Source: Candidatus Krumholzibacteriia bacterium
GTDB taxonomy: Bacteria; Krumholzibacteriota; Krumholzibacteriia; LZORAL124-64-63
NCBI GenBank assembly: GCA_036351155.1
Contig: JAZBOO010000262.1
Location: forward strand, 1-33,230
Direction: 5' to 3'
DNA length: 33,230 nt
Part shown: positions 26,198 to 33,230 of the stretch, in pieces
Layout of the letters: each line of letters starts with the position of its first letter
Position numbering within the stretch: position 1 is the first letter of the stretch
Position numbers and translations under genes: made by a program
The notes under the pieces: model-generated
Database searches by the model: none
The model's input: the letters and a program-made list of their open reading frames with translations, nothing else
What the model was told of the DNA's origin: nothing

Positions 26198-27663
26198 TCC
26201 TCTTCCTCTATGTTTTCCGCAGGTCGGGTCAAGGGCAGTTCCAGGTCGAAGGTGGTGCCCTCGCCAGGAGTGCTCTGGACGGTGATGCGGCCGCCATGGC
26301 CGATCACGATCCCTTCGACGATGGCCAGTCCCAGGCCCATGCCGTCGCTCTTGGTGGTGAAGTCCGGCTCGAAGATGCGGGCCTGGTTCTCCGGAGAAAT
26401 GCCGATCCCTTGATCGCTGATCTGCAGGGCCAGCCCGGGGTCGATTGCCCGGACAGCGATGGCAACTTTCTCCGGGCGACCAGCCTGGCGGCAGGCGGTC
26501 AGACCGTTGTCGATCAGGTTGACCAGGGACCGACGAAGGGCCTCCGAGTCGAACCAGCCGGTCATGTTGGTGTCGGGATCGGGAAGCTCCAGGCGGTCGG
26601 CTCCGTACAGCTGTTGCAGGTCTACCAGCAATTCCATCAGGTCACCGGGCCGCGGCTTCGGCTTGGGCAGACGGGCAAACTCGCCGAACTCCTTGACCAG
26701 GTTGCGCAGGCTCTCCACCTCTTCACCCACGATCTCGGCCACCTCGTCCAGCAGGGCCTGGTACTCGGCATCATTTCCTTCATATTTGTCCCGCACCTGG
26801 TTGACCGCCAGCAGGATGGGCGTCAGGGGGTTCTTCACCTCGTGGGCCAGAGTGCGCGCCATGCCGCGCCAGGCCGCCGCGCGTTCCAGCCGGGCCAGGT
26901 CTCGGCGCTGATCGGCCAGACGACTGACCATGGTGTCGAAACTGGCCACCAGTTCGCCCACTTCTCCGGTACCCTGGTGGGGTATCCTGAACTCGAGGTC
27001 GCCCGCCCCCACCCGGCGCGTGGCACCCACCAGCAAGGCCAGCGGCCCGGTGATCCGGCGCGACCAGAAATAGGCCGCCGCCAGCGCCACCAGCAAGAGC
27101 AAGCCGTAAACCAGCAGAAAAGGCCCCACAAAGCTGAGGATCACCCGGTCCTGCTCGTTGCGCACCGTGCGCACCAGGCTCAACCCGGTGGTCAGATCCT
27201 CGGCCCGCTCCACCATGCCCGCAGGCAGGGGTTTGATCCAGGAGCGCACCGGCTTTCCGGGATCTTTCATCTGCAACAGGAGGGTGTCCCCGAGCCGCTG
27301 TATACGAGGGGCTCCATCGTCTCCGGTGCTTTCTCTTTCCAGGGCGTCCCTCAAGTTGTTTCGCGCGCTCAGATAGGCGGTGAGCTGTTCGGGAGATTGC
27401 GGGCGCCCCTCGGCATCCAGCAGGATCCGGTCGGCCTGACGGGACGAGGGACTTTGAGCCTGGATCAGCAACAGGTCACGGAGCTCACGTAGATGGGCCC
27501 GGCTCTCTTCCAGGCCCGCATCCAGAGCTTTTTCAATGGGATCGGCAATGGCCGGCCCGAAACGTCTTTCCAGCAGGTTGCGCACAACCAGGGAAAGCGG
27601 CAGAGTGGGCAACAAGGCCACGATCATGAACGACACGGCCAGGCGGGTGCTGATCCGGTTCAT
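26194..27663 (-). CDS. HAMP-domain sensor histidine kinase (NtrY-like)
   Basis: Two TM helices, HAMP, H-box 'AAWRGMARTLAHEVKNPLTPI', 'FARLP', and N/G1/F/G2 boxes. True ATG at 27663 follows GAGGGG. Confidence 0.93.
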   Translation of the reverse strand: MNRISTRLAVSFMIVALLPTLPLSLVVRNLLERRFGPAIADPIEKALDAGLEESRAHLRELRDLLLIQAQSPSSRQADRILLDAEGRPQSPEQLTAYLSARNNLRDALERESTGDDGAPRIQRLGDTLLLQMKDPGKPVRSWIKPLPAGMVERAEDLTTGLSLVRTVRNEQDRVILSFVGPFLLVYGLLLLVALAAAYFWSRRITGPLALLVGATRRVGAGDLEFRIPHQGTGEVGELVASFDTMVSRLADQRRDLARLERAAAWRGMARTLAHEVKNPLTPILLAVNQVRDKYEGNDAEYQALLDEVAEIVGEEVESLRNLVKEFGEFARLPKPKPRPGDLMELLVDLQQLYGADRLELPDPDTNMTGWFDSEALRRSLVNLIDNGLTACRQAGRPEKVAIAVRAIDPGLALQISDQGIGISPENQARIFEPDFTTKSDGMGLGLAIVEGIVIGHGGRITVQSTPGEGTTFDLELPLTRPAENIEEEE

Positions 27664-28319
27664 GGCGTCACCCCCTCGAACAGATCCGTGCGCGTGAACC
27701 AGGCAGAAAGCCGGCCTTGACCATCCCGGGTTTCTTCGCTGCCCTTGTAGAAGAGACGGATCAAGCGCCCCAGGGAGACGGAAGCCTCCTGAGCATCCTG
27801 TCCTTCCCGGCGAGAACTCCGGGACCCGACGATCACATCTTCCACCCGCTTCTGTTCCGCCGGAGCCAGGGTGTGGACCACCAGACCGACCTGGACGCGG
27901 TAAAGGGTGCCGGTCCGCATGGTGGCCGCAGGAGTCACGGGAATGCTTTCCAGTTCGGCCAGGTAGGCCTTCAGGTCGGTCAGGGACTGGAAGCGCCGTT
28001 CCCGGCCATCCATACGCACCGAGAACACCTCGTCCCACAGATCGAACCCCATGCGCAACGAGAGCGACTGGCTGACCACCGGACGCCCCTCCTCGTCCAG
28101 CAGGGCGACCTTAAATTCCACCGCCGATTCCAGGCCCGACTGCATGGTCTGCAGCTGTTTCTCACCGGGCAGGCCCTGGGTCCTCAAGTGGCAGATCACC
28201 GTGTCGCCCGCCAGGCCCGGGATGACATCCAGCAGGCGGGCGTTTTCCTGCGCCCAGCCCGGGGACAGACCCGCACCCCAGATCAAAAGACCGAGCAGCA
28301 TGCCCCCTCGCCACTTCAT
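27660..28319 (-). CDS. DUF4390-like periplasmic protein
   Basis: Signal peptide, 'SGL...VEF.V.L', 'FDLWDEVFSV' and 'F.SL.DL'; sits directly upstream of an NtrY-like kinase. Only the last 219 codons of the 675-aa track ORF look coding. Confidence 0.7.
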   Translation of the reverse strand: MKWRGGMLLGLLIWGAGLSPGWAQENARLLDVIPGLAGDTVICHLRTQGLPGEKQLQTMQSGLESAVEFKVALLDEEGRPVVSQSLSLRMGFDLWDEVFSVRMDGRERRFQSLTDLKAYLAELESIPVTPAATMRTGTLYRVQVGLVVHTLAPAEQKRVEDVIVGSRSSRREGQDAQEASVSLGRLIRLFYKGSEETRDGQGRLSAWFTRTDLFEGVTP

Positions 28320-29770
28320 CAGAACGACCACCCGATGCTGGCGGTCACCTGGAAATTCATGTCCACGGGACGATCGGTCAGAGGGAAACCGACATCCACA
28401 CCCACCCAGTCCAGCCACCAGACCTTCCAGCGCACCCCATAGCCCGCACCCAGGGCCACGCCGGAATAGGGATCGGGTTGCCCGGTCTGGCCCGAGGCCC
28501 CCGCGTCCAGGAACAGCACACCGGTCAGCTTGCTGCCCTGAGCATTGCTCAGAATCGAGGTGCGGTATTCCAGCGAGCCGGACACCAGCCAGGTATCGCC
28601 GCCGGGAGCGGACAGGGCGTGCACCGGGAACCCCCGCACACTGTAGACGCCGCCCAGGAAAAGCCGATCGTAGAAGGCGGCCTCGTCGCCCACCCAGGCG
28701 GTGCGCATGCGTCCGGCCAGGACACCGCCGGGGATTTCCTGGAACTTGCGCAGATCGACCTGAAGACCCAGGTGGCTGCGATCGCCCTGGAAGCTGAAGG
28801 TGCCCTTGGCCCGCCCCCAGAACCCGCCCGTGGGCGTGCCCGCCCGCAGGATCTTCGATCGGGTGTCGTACTGCCAGTCGGTGTGCAGGACCGCGCGGAA
28901 ATCGGTGCCCAGGGCCTCGCGCACCGGCTCGGGAAGATCTTCTGCCGGCACGGATTGCCCGTCCTCCAGGGTTCCATCCTCGGATCCCAGTTGGACGCTG
29001 GCCGAGTTGGCGACATCGATCGCCTCGAGCCGGATGCCCACCTCGGCCCGTCCGGTGGTGCCCAGGCGTCGGCCGTACACCGACCCCGCACCCCCGGAAT
29101 AGACCGTGTGGCGATACTCCATGCCCTTCCAGAAATAGGGCCGGTCGGTGCTCAAGCTGGACAGCTGGGCTGCCCAGTAGGTGCGGCTGTCGCCCACCGG
29201 GGGCTGCTGGTAGCGTAAAAGGACCCCACTGTGGCGAAATCCGATGCGGAACTGGAAGTCGAACAGGCCGCCCCGACCCAGGGGATTGTCGTAGGACAGC
29301 ATGGCGGGCACCAGGTACCAGCCATCCAGGTCGGTGTTGCCCGCGGCCCAGCGGAAATCGAAGGCGTGCTCTTCCACCTCGAGCACCAGGATCAGCCGAC
29401 CACGCGCCGACCCGGGCATGGTGAAAAACGAAACCGCGCGAAACAGGCCGCCCTCTTTGAGCTGGCCCACGGCCTGGATGAGCGATTGCTGGGTGATTTC
29501 CTGGCCGGGCTGCAGCCCCAGGTAGCGATAGACCGTGGTCATCGGCGTGCGGGTGGCTCCCTGCAGGCGAACCTCGTCCAGGATCAGCTGCTGGCTCGCG
29601 GCACGCGCGGGAACCGGATCCAGAATCTGGGCTGTGCCTGTCCCCGTCGCTCCGGTGATCAACAGAACCAGCAGCATCGTCAGCCAACGCCGCAACCGGC
29701 AGGACGGGTGATCCTGCCGGTTCGGCCGCCGCCTGGCGACGAGGGATAAGTTGATTTCGGTGCGGTTCAT
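28319..29770 (-). CDS. Omp85 (BamA/TamA) superfamily protein with a single POTRA domain
   Basis: POTRA 'VRLQGATRT...GLF..V...LVLEVEE', 'NPLGRG', L6 'LGG..SVRGF', 'LFLDAG', 'GAGYGVRW' and terminal 'IGWSF'. GGAG RBS before ATG 29770. Confidence 0.88.
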   Translation of the reverse strand: MNRTEINLSLVARRRPNRQDHPSCRLRRWLTMLLVLLITGATGTGTAQILDPVPARAASQQLILDEVRLQGATRTPMTTVYRYLGLQPGQEITQQSLIQAVGQLKEGGLFRAVSFFTMPGSARGRLILVLEVEEHAFDFRWAAGNTDLDGWYLVPAMLSYDNPLGRGGLFDFQFRIGFRHSGVLLRYQQPPVGDSRTYWAAQLSSLSTDRPYFWKGMEYRHTVYSGGAGSVYGRRLGTTGRAEVGIRLEAIDVANSASVQLGSEDGTLEDGQSVPAEDLPEPVREALGTDFRAVLHTDWQYDTRSKILRAGTPTGGFWGRAKGTFSFQGDRSHLGLQVDLRKFQEIPGGVLAGRMRTAWVGDEAAFYDRLFLGGVYSVRGFPVHALSAPGGDTWLVSGSLEYRTSILSNAQGSKLTGVLFLDAGASGQTGQPDPYSGVALGAGYGVRWKVWWLDWVGVDVGFPLTDRPVDMNFQVTASIGWSF

Positions 29771-29855
29771 CGTGTCACTCCAGCTCAGGTGCCCATGATG
29801 CCTCAATGAACGGTGGGGCACAACCCGAGATCAGGTGGTGCCCCACTTTCGCGAA

Positions 29856-30473
29856 TCAGGGATGCAGGGTGAACTGGATGGAGAAGGTGCCCGCTCCGAC
29901 GGCGTCCTCGCTGTAGCCGGTCAGGCCGCCGGCTTCCATGCCGAACCCGTCAAAGGCCACACCCAGGGCGGTTTTCTCTCCAATGCGCCAGTCGTAACCC
30001 AGACCGAACAGGGCGGCGAACTTGCCTTCGAGCTCGACCTTTTCGCGGGTGTCGGGGTGGATGAACTGGCCGCCACCGGCACCCAGCCCCATGCGGACGA
30101 AGAACCCGTGGCCGACGGGATGCCAGGTGCCCACGACCAGGCCGGCGCCCACGCCCAGATCTTCATCGGTGTCGCCGTAGTTGGGGACACCCATCCCGAT
30201 GCCTTCAAGGCTGATGGCCCACTTGCTGTTGATGGCATAACCCACCCGGAAGGCCCCCATGGCGCCGTACTCGCCTTCCTCGGTGGTGGATCGCTTGCCT
30301 TCCTCCCAGGCGGTGTAGGTTTCACCCGAACCGGCGTTGATGCCCAGGAACCAGCCGTCCAGGGGTTCGCGGTCGCTGTTGCTTTCCGCGCGGGCTCCGG
30401 TGGCCGAAAGGGCCAGCAAGAGCAGGGTCAGGGCGAACAGGGACTTCAGTTGAGTGCGCATTCCGTTGGTCAT
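29856..30473 (-). CDS. Outer-membrane beta-barrel protein (about 8 strands)
   Basis: Signal peptide (ARA|E), 'GWFLGINAGSG', 'FRVGYA', 'GFFVRMGLG' and 'GLGYDW'. AGGAGG RBS. Confidence 0.8.
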   Translation of the reverse strand: MTNGMRTQLKSLFALTLLLLALSATGARAESNSDREPLDGWFLGINAGSGETYTAWEEGKRSTTEEGEYGAMGAFRVGYAINSKWAISLEGIGMGVPNYGDTDEDLGVGAGLVVGTWHPVGHGFFVRMGLGAGGGQFIHPDTREKVELEGKFAALFGLGYDWRIGEKTALGVAFDGFGMEAGGLTGYSEDAVGAGTFSIQFTLHP

Positions 30474-30522
30474 GGTCGTTCCTCCTGAAAGGGGATGGGG
30501 TTCATGCTTTCAGGTGGGGTAT

Positions 30523-30538
30523 TGCAGGAGCGGTGCCA
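30523..30538 (-). promoter_or_regulatory. Putative sigma-54 (-24/-12) promoter of the OMP-Omp85-TCS operon
   Basis: Minus strand TGGCAC-CGCTC-CTGCA, close to the consensus TGGCAC-N5-TTGCW. Confidence 0.72.
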
Positions 30539-30624
30539 GGGGAAACTGAGGGTAAGTCCGGGCCGCGATCATGGTAAGTCTTTTGTTTTAAGAACATTAA
30601 GAGAACAAAGCTCCGCCTTACCAC

Positions 30625-30641
30625 TGTGCCTTTTCACCACA
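30625..30641 (-). promoter_or_regulatory. Candidate upstream activator sequence for a sigma-54 activator
   Basis: Minus strand TGTGGTGAAAAGGCACA; same motif and same offset to the -24 GG as 23085-23101. Confidence 0.6.
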
Positions 30642-30666
30642 CCTCCAGAGAAACTGCGGCCCAACG

Positions 30667-32106
30667 TCACACGTCCAGGCGGGCCAGAAGCTTGCTGTAG
30701 ATGCCATCGAAGCCGCCGTTGCTCATGATGAGGATGACATCGCCTCGGTGGCACGCCGCTCCCAGATGCTCCACCATGGCATCCACCCCGCCTTCGGCGC
30801 TGAAGGTCTGCGCGGCGGTGCCCTGAGCCACGAGGGAGGCCACCACCTGGGCCGAGGAGAAGCGCTCGTCTTCGGGAATGCGGCTCTGATCGAAAGGGTG
30901 GGCCAGCAGAACGGTGTGGTCGCCCTTCAGGGCCTGCACATAATCCTGCTGGAAAATATTGCGCCGGGTGGTGGCGCTGCGCGGTTCGAACACCACGAAC
31001 AGCCGGCGGCCGGGAAAGCGCTCGGCCATCGAAGCAATGGTCAGCTGCACGGCGGTGGGATGATGCGCAAAGTCCTCCACCACGGTGACGCCACCGGGTT
31101 CGCCGATGATCTCCTGCCGACGCTTGACGCCGGCGAAGGTGGCCAGGGCCTTCTTGACCAGATCCAGATCCCAGCCCTCGGCGCGGCACATGACGTACAC
31201 GCCCAGGGCGTTGAGGATGTTGTGGCGGCCGAACTGGGTCAGGGTCAACTGGTCGAGTGCTTGGCTCTGGGGGTCCAGGACCTCGAAGGTGCAGGTGCCC
31301 TCGGCCACTGAAACCTCCCCCACCTGGAAATCGCCCTGCTCCCAGCCGTAGCTCAGGCGATCGCCCTGAGTCTGGCTGGCCAGGATCGCGGTGATGTTCG
31401 GTTCCTCGGCAAAATAGACCAGGCGACCATGGTCGGGAATCAAGGCCAGCAGCTTGCGGAACTCGCCCTGGATCTGGGCCACATCCTGGTAAATGTCGGC
31501 GTGGTCGAATTCCAGGCTGGTCAGCAGCACCTTGCGCGGCCGGTAGTGCACGAACTTGGGCACCTTGTCGAAGAAGGCGGTGTCGTACTCGTCGCCTTCG
31601 ATGGCGAACACCTGGCCGGCAGGGGCGCGGAACGACCGGGGAAAGTTGCGGGGAATGCCCCCGATCATGAAACCCGGCTCAAGATCCAGGCATTCCATGA
31701 CCCAGGCCAGCATGGCCGTGGTGGTGGTCTTGCCGTGAGTGCCGGTCATGACGAAGGCTTCACGGTCGCCGATGACGAACTGTCCCATCGCTTCGGGCAG
31801 GGACGTGTAGGGAATGTCCGAGGCCATCAGGGCGATGGCCTCCTCGTGCTTGGCCGTGATGACGTTGCCCACAATGACCAGGTCAGGCGCCGGCTCCAGA
31901 TTTTCCGCACGGTACCCCTGCATGATCCCGATGCCCAGCTCTTCCAGCTGGGTGCTCATGGGTGGGTAAACGCTCTGGTCGCTGCCGGTGATCTGAAAAC
32001 CGCGGTCCTTCAGGAGGCCCGCCAGGGAGGCCATGGCCGTGCCGCAAATGCCCATCAGGTGGATGTGCGCGCCGGGGGCGATCTGGTCCCAGGTGGTCAG
32101 TTTCAT
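30667..32106 (-). CDS. mpl: UDP-N-acetylmuramate:L-alanyl-gamma-D-glutamyl-meso-diaminopimelate ligase (murein peptide ligase)
   Basis: 'HIHLMGICGTAM', 'VYPPMS', 'GTHGKTTT', 'EGDEYDTAFFDK.PKF.HY', 'EFDHADI', 'DFAHHPTA', 'EPRS.T' and 'MSNGGF.GI'. Confidence 0.92.
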   Translation of the reverse strand: MKLTTWDQIAPGAHIHLMGICGTAMASLAGLLKDRGFQITGSDQSVYPPMSTQLEELGIGIMQGYRAENLEPAPDLVIVGNVITAKHEEAIALMASDIPYTSLPEAMGQFVIGDREAFVMTGTHGKTTTTAMLAWVMECLDLEPGFMIGGIPRNFPRSFRAPAGQVFAIEGDEYDTAFFDKVPKFVHYRPRKVLLTSLEFDHADIYQDVAQIQGEFRKLLALIPDHGRLVYFAEEPNITAILASQTQGDRLSYGWEQGDFQVGEVSVAEGTCTFEVLDPQSQALDQLTLTQFGRHNILNALGVYVMCRAEGWDLDLVKKALATFAGVKRRQEIIGEPGGVTVVEDFAHHPTAVQLTIASMAERFPGRRLFVVFEPRSATTRRNIFQQDYVQALKGDHTVLLAHPFDQSRIPEDERFSSAQVVASLVAQGTAAQTFSAEGGVDAMVEHLGAACHRGDVILIMSNGGFDGIYSKLLARLDV

Positions 32107-33230
32107 GCGTCCGCTCCATCGGAAATACTTCGGGCCGCTGCTTCGCCTGCCATCCAGCCGGTGGCAAAGGCGCCCGTCATGTTGTAGCCGCCGGTGTCGG
32201 CGTCAATATCCAGCAACTCGCCCACGATGTACAGGCCCGGCACCAGGTGCGACTCCATGCTGTGGGGGTCGACCTCGGCAGTGTCCACTCCCCCCGCGGT
32301 GACGATGGCCTCCTTGAAGGCGCCGTAGCCCGTGATGGGGAAACGGTAGTCCTTCAGCCAGGTGCGCAGGGCCTTGCGCTGCTGGCCCGTGACCTGGTGG
32401 CGCGGTGTATCAGCCGGCACCCCCAGAATTTCCAGGGCCGGGGGGATGAGCTTGGCCGGCAACAGACCCGCCAGCAAGTCGCCCCAGGTGGGGATGTCCT
32501 TGTTTTCCAGGTCGCGCATCAGCCGCGCGTCCAGCTTCTTGTGGTCCAGGGCGGGCTTCAGGTCCAGCCCCAGCTCCAGCTGGTGCCCCTCATCGAAGGC
32601 CTTCACCGCGATGCGGCTGACCTCGAGAATGACCGGCCCCGACAGTCCCGTCTTGATGAAGGTGAGCTCGCCGAACTCGCGGCACTTCAGCTTGCCATCG
32701 ATCCAAAGGGTGATCTCGATGTTGCGCAGGTTCAGGTAGCCCACGCCTTCAGGAGGAGCCCCCTTGGCGATCAGTGGCACCAGGGAGGGCCGGCAGGGAG
32801 TGACCGTGTGGCCCATATCGCGCACCAGATCGTAGCCATCGCCCGAGGATCCGGTGGCCGGGTAGCTCTTGCCGCCGGTGGTCAGAATGACGGCGTCGGC
32901 GGTCAATTCTTCGCTGCCGCGGTCCCCGCCACTGCCTTCCTTGCCATGCTGATCAAACAGGTCGTAGTGCAGGCCCGCCACCTGACCATCGGCCAGGTCG
33001 ATGCCTCTGACCCGCGCCCCGGTGATCACCCGCGCGCCCATGTCCTCGGCGTAGGCCAGCAGGGTCTCGGCCACCTCGACCGCGCTGTCGCTTTCGGGAA
33101 AAATGCGACCTCCGCGCTCGATCTTGGTCTTCAGGCCGCGCCCGTTCAGGAAGGTGATCAGGTCTTCCGAGGGAAAACGCCCCATGGCCTGTCGCAGGAA
33201 ACGGCCCCGCCGGTTGAAATGCTTGAGAAA
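32103..33230 (-). CDS. HI0933/BaiN-family NAD(P)/FAD-dependent oxidoreductase, 5' end beyond the window
   Basis: 'GRIFP.S..A', 'TGGKSYP.TGS.GDGY', 'GLSGP', 'AIVTAGGV' and 'GELLDID..TGGYN'. Frame is open to the window edge. Confidence 0.92.
   Translation of the reverse strand, partial: FLKHFNRRGRFLRQAMGRFPSEDLITFLNGRGLKTKIERGGRIFPESDSAVEVAETLLAYAEDMGARVITGARVRGIDLADGQVAGLHYDLFDQHGKEGSGGDRGSEELTADAVILTTGGKSYPATGSSGDGYDLVRDMGHTVTPCRPSLVPLIAKGAPPEGVGYLNLRNIEITLWIDGKLKCREFGELTFIKTGLSGPVILEVSRIAVKAFDEGHQLELGLDLKPALDHKKLDARLMRDLENKDIPTWGDLLAGLLPAKLIPPALEILGVPADTPRHQVTGQQRKALRTWLKDYRFPITGYGAFKEAIVTAGGVDTAEVDPHSMESHLVPGLYIVGELLDIDADTGGYNMTGAFATGWMAGEAAARSISDGADA

Noticed and set aside
24779..27663. 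Assigning the symbols ntrX/ntrY
   Set aside because: Family resemblance only: the kinase is short and lacks an obvious PAS domain, and orthology cannot be established without a phylogeny.
28320..29687. First ~450 codons of the 675-aa ORF 27660..29687, and the 27664-28038 extension of the kinase ORF
   Set aside because: These are alternative-frame read-throughs over real genes, low-complexity and Arg/Gly/Pro-rich. The true starts are at coupled overlaps.

Overview
A GC-rich (roughly 60-65%) diderm bacterial chromosomal segment with about 31 genes. I found no rRNA, tRNA, CRISPR array or intact transposase. From left to right it holds: a DUF2461 gene; a surface-glycan modification neighbourhood (NoeA-like kinase/methyltransferase fusion, a tiny 'YIDPGTGS' membrane protein, a membrane-bound sulfatase-fold transferase, a polysaccharide deacetylase and a methyltransferase); a low-GC secreted orphan; a ClC-CBS-TrkA_C transporter; a fused M16 peptidase; several small enzymes (cupin, flavin reductase, EEP, AAA_28, nitroreductase, VOC); a Gly-rich 15-aa repeat protein; an OTR-like octaheme cytochrome c; FNR with a Zn-ribbon protein; an envelope module; mpl; and a partial HI0933-family flavoprotein. 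The best candidate for an undescribed system is the envelope module at 23065-30641. A lipoprotein gene converges on an operon encoding OMP, single-POTRA Omp85, a DUF4390-like protein, a sensor kinase, a sigma-54 activator and a second OMP. Both outer ends carry a GG-N10-GC sigma-54 promoter and the same 17-bp TGTGGTGAA-N4-CACA box at the same 88-nt offset upstream. Several start codons were moved from the ORF track to RBS-supported positions. All product calls come from motif recognition, not database searches.
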